A DNA stretch of 64,000 bases from Paramecium tetraurelia. Lineage: Eukaryota. Positions 55,601-64,000 of this stretch are shown piece by piece. The notes under the pieces were generated by a model. The model saw only the letters and a list, made by a program, of their open reading frames with translations. It had not been told where the DNA came from and ran no database searches. The position numbers and the translations under genes are program-made. The stretch is from the NCBI GenBank assembly GCA_000165425.1, contig CT868330.1, positions 372,001 through 436,000 on the forward strand, read 5' to 3'. Each line of letters begins with the position of its first letter. The stretch's first letter is position 1.

Positions 55601-57019
55601 AACTTTCGAAAGAGAATCCCCTTTGAGTTTTTCTGAACCTTTGAACCTTTTGCTCATTTTCCTCTTGCTACATTTCTTCCTATTATTCATCCTATTCTTC
55701 TTATTGCATTTGTTGATGTTAAGAAGGCGAACCATTTTTATTTCTGGCTACTTCATAATTATCAAACTCCTTTTAGGGATTTCTCAATAATTCCAATTAA
55801 TATTCCTTCTTAGATCGATTATTTGTATTTTAAATTGATTGATTTTTATAACTATAAGTTGATACAAACACATCCTTCTAGATATAATGATTATTATTCA
55901 TCATATTGTCTATGATACCCCAACTGTTGATGGTCTTCAGATCAATAGTCTCAGTCAATAAACCCATCAATGAATACATGACAAATCCATCTCCAACCAA
56001 ACTGCCCTTGCTTTGATAATCCCATAGTTATAACACTGCCTTACTGATAATCATTGGCCATAATTAATTCTTATCAACACTTTAGGGTAATAATGCTTTG
56101 CCATCATAAGTTGTGGGCATGTGATCAGAAACCTATATTTTTCTCTCTTTTCCCATGAAATACAATTTGACTATATATTTGCCATTAGGATTATAAATTG
56201 GTGCCCCATCCTTTTATGGATAGATCTTGCTGGAGAGTGACTTTTGAGTAAAGCAATCCTTAATATCTCTGTCCTTAATCTGCTATAATTATGAAGCAAT
56301 CCAACGAGAATTGGGTGGTAATTCATCACTACAAATGAGATCACTTAATCTGACATCAGAGGTCATCTTAGGATTTTCATCGAACACTTCTTCTGCTTGT
56401 TTTTTATTACCCTTTTTATTTTTTTATTAAGCTGCCTATTTTTCTAAGAACTCCTTTCTTCTCATCTCCACTTCTTCAGGTGTTTCCATTCTCTCGAAAC
56501 TCTCACAAATAGTCAAATGATGCTCAACTTCCTTCTCCATGTAATGTATTTTTTCAACTGTTTCAAGTCTAGTCGAGTAATAGTCATCATTCATATTATA
56601 TCTATTTTCTCTCATGTCCATGTAAGGTGGTTCATGTTCAGATTCTCTAACATCACTTATATATTTGTTTACTATTGCCATCTTTATCTTAAAAAATTCT
56701 TTGGTCTTCTCCAAAAAGGAACATATTTGTCAGTTTCAAAATTACACTTAGTAAGTTGGGCTTCTCCCTATAGAAGGTTTATGGCTTGAACAGCTTCATC
56801 ACCTGGCCATTCATCAGGGTCAGGGAATGGGTTGATATTCTTTTACGTTGATCAATTTGCTTTACCATGCAGATTCTATTTGTTAATTTGTTCTGGTGCT
56901 TTGAGTGGTTTCGGATCTCTTGGTGGATTCTTAACACTCTGTGGTATCACGTCCTTCATTGGTGTGCCCACTCTAAATAACTATCGACCCTTTTGATCCT
57001 TTGTTGTTTTAGGAGGCAT
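52659..57019 (-). CDS. ADGB: Androglobin-like protein (calpain-like catalytic-type domain plus ADGB-like C-terminal region), about 1,435 aa
   Basis: WRRPKNF; PIYNPNGKYIVKLYFMGKERKI...LLP...LWPMIISKA; VRDTTKEDKEKAIKKSWEDKEPGRAANAKKSR. Frame problem at 56820-56865. Confidence 0.8.
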
Positions 57020-57055
57020 ACAAAATAATTAAATTAATAATAATTACAATAAATC

Positions 57056-57710
57056 ATGTTTCCATACATATTTGCCTTTTGTCTTTGTCTCTGTGTCTAA
57101 TTAACTAAGGGAGTGTCTGATAACATCGAGGTTATCACTTCATGTTGGCTTATCACATTGCAAGACAATCAAAAATTCAAGGTATTTTAATTTCTCAATG
57201 CTTTTAGACATTTGATCATGTAGTGGATTCAGTGGCTAAACGTTATTCGCAGAGTGACAAAGACAAGATTGTCCATGACATCAGAGTGTATATGATTAAA
57301 AAGTGTTTTGCTACCCTTCCCCTCGCAGATAGCAAATAGGTAAGCACATCTATTTAACACGCGTTTTTTAGATAATCAAAGATTTTGAAGCTGGGCAATC
57401 CTTCCATGTAGCCTATCGAGAGGTCGTTAAGGGCTTTGATTACACTCATTACATTAAGGACCTGAAAAACAAGGACCTCATTCCAAACCCATAATTGGAT
57501 GACACCATTTCAAGCATTGTCAAAACTCTTGAAAGTGAATTTCTCAAGGAAACTCAAAGTGAGATCCAATAAGCAGTCCCTCCCATTGGAGTTTTCGGAA
57601 TGAATTTCAATTACTTGCTTGTGTTCCCAATCATTGGAGGAGTCTTTTTGGCATATTTTGCGATTAATGCATTCAGAACTTTACAAACCACCCCGAAAAA
57701 AAAGAAGTGA
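57056..57710 (+). CDS. Type I membrane protein with signal peptide and C-terminal dilysine tail
   Basis: Hydrophobic N-terminus, two introns, TM YLLVFPIIGGVFLAYFAINAF, ends PKKKK*. Confidence 0.8.
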
Positions 57711-57755
57711 AATTGTAATTAAATATTTTAATATATTAATATTTAAATCTTTGAT

Positions 57756-59054
57756 ATGAGTAAAAAGAATACTAAGCGTAAATAAAACAACAAGGTAGAG
57801 AAGGACGACGATTACAGTGACATCTTTGAAGACATCTAACCTGTATTGCCTATTATAAAAAAAAAATCAAAAGAACAACAGCAAACAAACCAAATACACT
57901 TTGAGTCCATTCGCAATCCAGAATAAGCCAATCTCATTCGATGTCCCATAGAATCCATCAATATTGAATAGGTTCATTATTCCCACCAATTATTTAGATT
58001 CTGCAGGACATTTTGTATGAGTCTTCCAAAGAGTCCCAATACTCCAAGACTCTCAAGTAAATACTACTCATGGGACAGCGGGAATTGCGAGACAAACAAA
58101 AATATTACTAATTTAAATGGCAATCATTAGGTCACTCAAATATCAATCGTTAAGAATATCAACGATAGGAGTAGATGCTCAAAGAACAATAATCCAAAGA
58201 CATTGCTGAAATTCAAAATAATGTTATTGCTGAATTAGGAAGGAAGAGAGTCAAAGGATTTCAATAAAGAGAGGATATCCTGGATGAATTTAGAATAAAT
58301 TTTATGAAGAAAAGACATCTCACACCAGATGGTCCTGTGATGGAAGAATTCCAATTCTATGTCGATCCTGAAGAAGCTAATCGATTGAAGAGAGATCAAA
58401 TTTAATTGTTGGAAAAGCTTATGGAAGAATCACATCTGATTCCAGAAAATCATCCCCTAGAATTGAAAAGATACTACAGTCAACCAGAAAATGCAGGACA
58501 CCAACCACGTTATTTACAAAGAACCTAAAGTAATTATATTTAAAAGTATTATCTACATCTTATATTAGTAATAACGAATAACATTCTAGTGATACTTAAA
58601 AATTACAAATATTTCCAAAATTGTAGATTGACAAAATCATTAAGGAAAAGATGGAAAATATGACACCTAAGAAAATTGAAGTAAGTGTTTCTAAAATAAC
58701 CCAAGCTTGAAGGAACTGCTCAAACTTGAAGAGTAAGATATTCAAGTCATTCCCAGAAATGTCAGGGTCATGCTTTTGGATTCCAAATCAGATGAACTAT
58801 ACACTGACAAGGATTTCTAATTGGATTAGGCTGAAAGATATATCGAAGTCTTTAATTAATTGAAGGTTTTTATTGTTATTTTATATTTATAGAACCAAAA
58901 CTTCTATGAATTGGATTTGGAAAAGATGTTAGAACTCACGATTTATATTGTGAATAATACTCATTATCAGCAAAAGTTTAAGTTGTCCGAAGATAGAAAA
59001 TAAGTAACACCCAGAGAATTGTTGAATTATATTGAAAAATTATAAAGATAATGA
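57756..59054 (+). CDS. Hypothetical protein
   Basis: ATG 57756, several short introns, TGA 59052-59054. No recognised domain. Confidence 0.68.
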
Positions 59055-59113
59055 AATATCAAATGTAAATTTTTGCCAAATAAAACTCAAATTCTCTCCC
59101 AGCTATTAACATT

Positions 59114-59185
59114 TCCGGTATAGTCTAGTGGTTAGGATATCAGGTTTTCACCCTGGGGACCCGGGTTCAATCCCCGGTATCGGAA
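59114..59185 (+). tRNA. trnE: tRNA-Glu (anticodon TTC)
   Basis: Acceptor stem TCCGGTA/TATCGGA, D-arm TAGTCTAGTGGTTAGGA, anticodon arm TCAGG-TTTTCAC-CCTGG, T-loop GGTTCAATCC. 72 nt. Confidence 0.96.
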
Positions 59186-59188
59186 AAA

Positions 59189-59203
59189 TTTTTTATTTTT
59201 TTT
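59189..59203 (+). terminator. RNA polymerase III oligo(T) terminator of tRNA-Glu
   Basis: T runs begin 4 nt after the tRNA 3' end. Confidence 0.7.
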
Positions 59204-59244
59204 TATTAACTTTCACTTTAATCTAATTAATCAAATAAAATTAA

Positions 59245-60565
59245 ATGATTCCAACAAGTATTGTGGTTTGCGGAGGTGGAAATGGTTCTCATGCTACTGT
59301 AGCATCAGCAGGCCGTTTTGAAAACATTTAAGTCAATGTCTTTACCAGAAAGCCTCAAGATTGGAAACAAGAAATTGTAGGTTTGACTAAAGGAAGTCCA
59401 TGGGAATCACTTGGAAATTTTGTTGGTATGACCTAATATGTTGAATTCTTTAAGGAAAAATTAATAAAGTCTCTAATAATCCTTAAGATTTTCCAGGAGC
59501 AAAATTATGGATCATAGGAGGACCAGCTCATGTCCATCATGAAATTTTGTAGAAAATTGCTCCTTTTGTAACAAAGGATTCGTTTGTGGTAATTACGATT
59601 ACAATATAATCAAGGGTACATTGTATGCTTAAGGTGGATTTGAATGGATGTGCAGGAGCGTTTTTGGAGATAGAATCAGAACTGATAACATCACTTACTT
59701 TGGTCTTTATAACATCCCTTGGCTATGCAAAATTTTTAAATATGGAGAATCTGTAAGAATAATTGGACCAAAAACTAAGCTTTAATGCGCACTCTCAGAT
59801 TTAAGCAGAAAAGAAGAACTCTTTTTATTATTAGAAAAAATGTTTTAAATCCCTGTCCTATAAGCACCCAACTTTTTGACTTTAACCCTAACTCCTAGCA
59901 ATCAAATCATTCATCCTGCTAGAGTCTATGCCGTATTTAGAGTATGATAATGATGTTTATTTTTAGAATTGGGATGGAAAATAAGTATATCAACCTAGTC
60001 AAGTACCCACATTTTATGAAGATTTTGATGATTTTAGTGCCTACATGCTCCAAATATTGGATGATGAAATCTAAGCTATCAAAAGAGAGATTCTCAAAAG
60101 ATATCCTCATTTTAATTTAGATTTAATTATACCAATTAAGGAAAGAATTATTTAATAATATGGTGATCAAGTTAAAGATAAAACTAATTTGAAAACCGTA
60201 TTCAGAACTAATGCTGGATATGCTACTATTTAAATTCCTACTAAACCTGTTTAGGGAGGTGTGTAATTAAATACAGAAGCTAGAATCTTTTGGGAAGACA
60301 TTCCTTATGGATTATGCATCCTTAAAGTAACATGATCATAATACTCAATTATAGGATCTTTCAGAAATGCTCGGTCTTTAAACTCCTGGAACTGATAAAA
60401 TGATTGAGTGGCACCAAAAGTTTATGAATAAGGAATATGTTCAAAATTCAAAGATTAAATAGAAATCTATTAAAAGAAACAGGAGCCCCCTCTAAATATG
60501 GATTGGATACATTAGAAAAAGTATTAGGTATTTAGGAGGTTTCCTCATAAAAACCTAAATTGTGA
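59245..60565 (+). CDS. NAD-dependent opine (octopine/tauropine-type) dehydrogenase
   Basis: Rossmann motif VCGGGNGSHA, TPSNQIIHP, FYEDFD, RIFWEDIPYGL and TPGTDKMIEWHQ. After a +1 break near 60455 the frame reads ETGAPSKYGL...QKPKL*. Confidence 0.87.
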
Positions 60566-61242
60566 AGTTTATAAGTAGTCTATTAATAAACACAAATATT
60601 ATAATTTTATTTTGGAAAATAAATTTTCTTTTTTCGTAATTCATATTTATCAGATGGAAATAATGAATTTCACCCTGCTTACTTGAATGTAGTTTGAGCA
60701 TGTATTAGCTGATCATTAAGAATAGTAATTATATTAGCCAAGATTTTTATTAATTATATATATTAAATCTTACTATAAAAAAAGAATACTTACTTAAAAT
60801 ATCAAACAGTTAGATTAAAAAATTAAATCATTAGTATTTTTTAAGTTTTTAAAGTTTAAGTAATTGAATATACCTAGACTAATAATTTAGAGAAATGCGA
60901 AAAAATGAATAACTATAATTTGTTTTAAATTTACAAATTCAAAAATACTAATATTGTGAAAAATCTATATCCATTATTTTTTTGTGCATTTATGTAAATT
61001 TCAGAAAATTATAGAAAAATACATTGTATTAAATTTTAATATTTTGAATTACTATAATGATTAAAATTATCTTACAGAGTCCTCTAACCTATAAGTATGT
61101 ATTTATTTATTTGAATTTGAAGAATTTAAAGTCTTAACATTCTTCGAAGTTAAAAACTTTTGCAGCAATAAAATTTATCTTTTATAATTATCATTTATGA
61201 TTTAAAATTGTAAAAGAAATAAACAAAAATTATATTTAAATT

Positions 61243-63413
61243 ATGAAATAACCTGTCGAATTTAACAATTATCAACTATTAGAAGAAACACAGAAATTAG
61301 ATGAATTAATTTTAGATAATTAACTAGTTCAATATAATAGAATTAAAGTTAAAGTTGTCTTTACAAAAGACAATGATCTATATTATATCAGAGATGGATA
61401 AATTTTAAGAATGTAAATTTTAGAGGTCTATAAGCTATAATAGAGATAAAATGATGATCCCCTTTAAGTTACCTTATATCTTATATAATTTAGAACAGAT
61501 ACAATACTTATAATGGGAAGGAGAGTATAGTAAAAGTAATGAAAAAATTGGAAAATGGAAGGCTAGATGGAAAGGAGAAACTTTAATTGATGTTGGAGGC
61601 TAATACTGCTAAGATGGAAAAAAATAGGGCCTTTGGAAAGATATAATATAAAATTATTCTAAGTTAATTATTTTTTAATTTTGAAGTTTAGCATAGGTTT
61701 ATGAATGTGGAGTTTATTACAGCGACAAAAAATAGGGGGAATGGAAGTACCTCTATGAAGAAGAAAAGATGTAATGCAAACTATTATTAATTTAATAGTG
61801 GAGGTGGTATCTACAATTAGATGGGTCAAAAAAATGGAAAATGGATAGATTTGAGTGATGGTTTTATGTTACACACATAAGTAACTTATTCTGGTGAATA
61901 TAAAAATGACATTAAAATTGGCCTATGGGACGTTTGGTTAAAGCACAAATATGGAAACTCAAGTAGTTCTCATACTTGGTGCATGTAAAATTTATTATAT
62001 TTATGATCGAAAACCAAAATTTTTAGTGGATCAGGATCATATGATGAAAGAGGCCATGGTATGAAGATTGGGAGATGGATCGAATTGAGTGATAGATTAT
62101 TTGAAACAACATTAGTAACCTATATTGGCTATTATAACAATGGGAAAAAAACTGGCAGGTGGGATATTTGGTTAACTCAGTTAAGTATATATCAAAGTCA
62201 TAAACTAAATTTATTAATGTAAACGTAATTATATAAAGTTTTTACGTAATGTGGATAGTGGAGGAGGATCTTACGATGGAGAAAATGGCTTTAAGAATGG
62301 GAAGTGGATTGAAATAAGTGAGGGGTCTTGTGAGAATGAATTAATAACGCATAGTGGGGAATATCGAAATGGTAAAAAAATTGGGAGATGGGAGACATTT
62401 TATAAAGAATATTATGTTAATGGTTTTACTTTTCAAGCTGGAGGATCATATAGTGAAGAAGGGGATGGCTTAAAGATTGGAAAATGGATTGAGTTAGACG
62501 AAAACTTTTCTAGATTCTCCTAAGTAATCTATAAAGGCGAATATCAATTTGGCCGAAAAATTGGGAAATGGGAAATTAAATCTTAAATGGATTAGATGTA
62601 AAGAATTAAACATTAAAAATTTAGAGGTGGAGGATAATATGATGAGGAAGGTTAGGGTTTGAAGATTGGAAAATGGATAGAGCTAAGTCATGATTTTTCT
62701 TAAGACTTATAAGTATTTTACAAAGGAGAATATCATATTGGCAAAAAAATTGGGAGATGGGAAATTGAAAATGAAAGGAAACAGATGTAAGGAATTAAAA
62801 ATATAACAACTTTAGAGGTGGAGGATGTTATGACGAAGGAAGTAGTGGCTTTAAGGTTGGGAGATGGATTGAATTGTGTGAAGAAAGTAAAAGTGATTCA
62901 TTAATAACTATTATTGGTGAATATGAAAAAGGGAAAAAAATTGGAAGATGGGATATTTGGTATTAAAACTACGCTAAGAATAAATTAATGTATGTATAAA
63001 ATAAATAATTTTAGTGGTGGTGGATTATATGATGAAAGAGGTCTGAACATTAAGATAGGGAAGTGGATTGAATTAAGCGATAGATTCACATAGGACTAGA
63101 AAGTCATTTATAGTGGTGAATACAAAAATAATATGAGATCTGGGAGATGGGATATTTGGTATTAGAAAGATAATGAATTTTAAAGAATGTAAATATTAAA
63201 ATATAGACATTTCCTAGCGCTGGAGGATAATATTAAGGCGATAGCATTAAGATTGGGAAATGGATTGAGTTGAGTAAAGGATTTAGGAGTAACAATTAGC
63301 CATCAGAACAAATAACTTATCATGGTGAATATAATAATGGTAAAAAAGTTGGTATATGGGTTGCAATGAATCTAAACTGTAAGAAGCTTAAAGAATTGAA
63401 TTATAATAATTGA
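61243..63413 (+). CDS. Tandem beta-hairpin (MORN-like) repeat protein
   Basis: About 8-9 repeats of GGGxYDE..G.KIGKWIELS....QV.Y.GEY.NGKKIGRWDI, with introns at equivalent repeat positions. Confidence 0.82.
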
Positions 63414-63868
63414 TTAATTCTGATAATTCTTAATTCATCGAGACTTTGTATTAGTTTTATACTTACTTATTTTGTTTGTTTGTTATATTAATTTAAAAGC
63501 TGATTATCTTCTAATGTGATGGCGTAGTGGCTATTTTCATTAAAAAGTTTGGATCTTCTCTTTTATATTTTTCAAAATTCCTTGTCTTCTTCTTAGACTC
63601 ACATATATTATAGACTATTTTGAGATAATACTACTATTAGTTTATTCACTATTGGTTATTAGAATTCACAATTTTAATTTCTGAAGGGTAGCGTAGTTAT
63701 TTAATTTTATAAAATATATAATTAACATTTTTAATCATATTAAGAGTTCTAATTATAAATTTAAAGAATTTTATTACTCATATATTTAGACATAAAAGAC
63801 TTTTGTCAAATATGAAATTTAGCAACAAAGTAATATTTATTAAGGGAAAATATCTAAAATTTAAAAAT

Positions 63869-64000
63869 TCAATCTTATTAAACTAATTTACCCTTATCCC
63901 AAACACCAACAATCTCTGTTCCGTTTGCTTCAATTAAAATTCCTTTTCCATGCTATTTACCATTATGCCATGCTCCTTTGTAGGTTTTCCCATCTGCGAA
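63869..64000 (-). CDS. MORN-repeat protein, 3' end (partial, continues beyond window)
   Basis: FADGKTYKGAWHNGKQHGKGILIEANGTEIVGVWDKGKLVQQD*, TGA at 63869-63871. Confidence 0.8.

Noticed and set aside
56852..56854. In-frame TGA as selenocysteine or readthrough in the ADGB-like gene
   Set aside because: It lies inside a typical-looking 26-nt GTA..AG intron, has no redox-motif context, and no SECIS was recognised.
59114..59185. Suppressor or Sec tRNA (TTCA in the anticodon loop)
   Set aside because: The 7-nt loop TTTTCAC centres on TTC, giving Glu, and the tRNA has a normal short variable arm.
11531..62523. Supplied ORF track read as a gene set
   Set aside because: It was computed with TAA/TAG as stops. 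Entries are fragments of code-6 genes or antisense shadows, for example the His-rich 17704-17943, 53512-53826 and 56517-56789.
1..64000. CRISPR arrays, telomeric repeats, rRNA, transposons
   Set aside because: No spaced direct-repeat array, C4A2/C3A3 tract, rRNA-like segment or transposase/RT motif was seen by eye.

Overview
This is gene-dense, very AT-rich ciliate macronuclear-type DNA, most likely Paramecium. TAA/TAG read as Gln, TGA is the only stop, introns are mostly 20-35 nt GT..AG, and intergenic gaps are often under 50 nt. The supplied standard-code ORF track therefore shows only fragments. Hand translation with genetic code 6 gives about 28 protein genes and one tRNA-Glu(TTC). Recognisable products include an AGC kinase, a C2H2 zinc finger, EMC8/9, a FAM166-like microtubule inner protein, an OXR1-like LysM-TLDc protein, a VAP-like protein, eIF2-gamma, VPS13 and a divergent actin. 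Further along are p24-delta, a TRANK1-like UvrD helicase, TIM50, a metallophosphoesterase, an androglobin-like protein, an opine dehydrogenase and a tandem-repeat protein. Four observations stand out. (1) A tandem pair of diverged paralogs has a SIN1/Avo1-like CRIM-RBD-PH layout. (2) The opine dehydrogenase ends in a peroxisomal-type PKL. (3) The TRANK1-like helicase carries a possible RelE-like N-terminal module. (4) About eight small frame breaks, nearly all +1, interrupt five otherwise intact genes; assembly indels are most likely, but recoding is testable. All family calls come from recalled motifs; no database searches were run.
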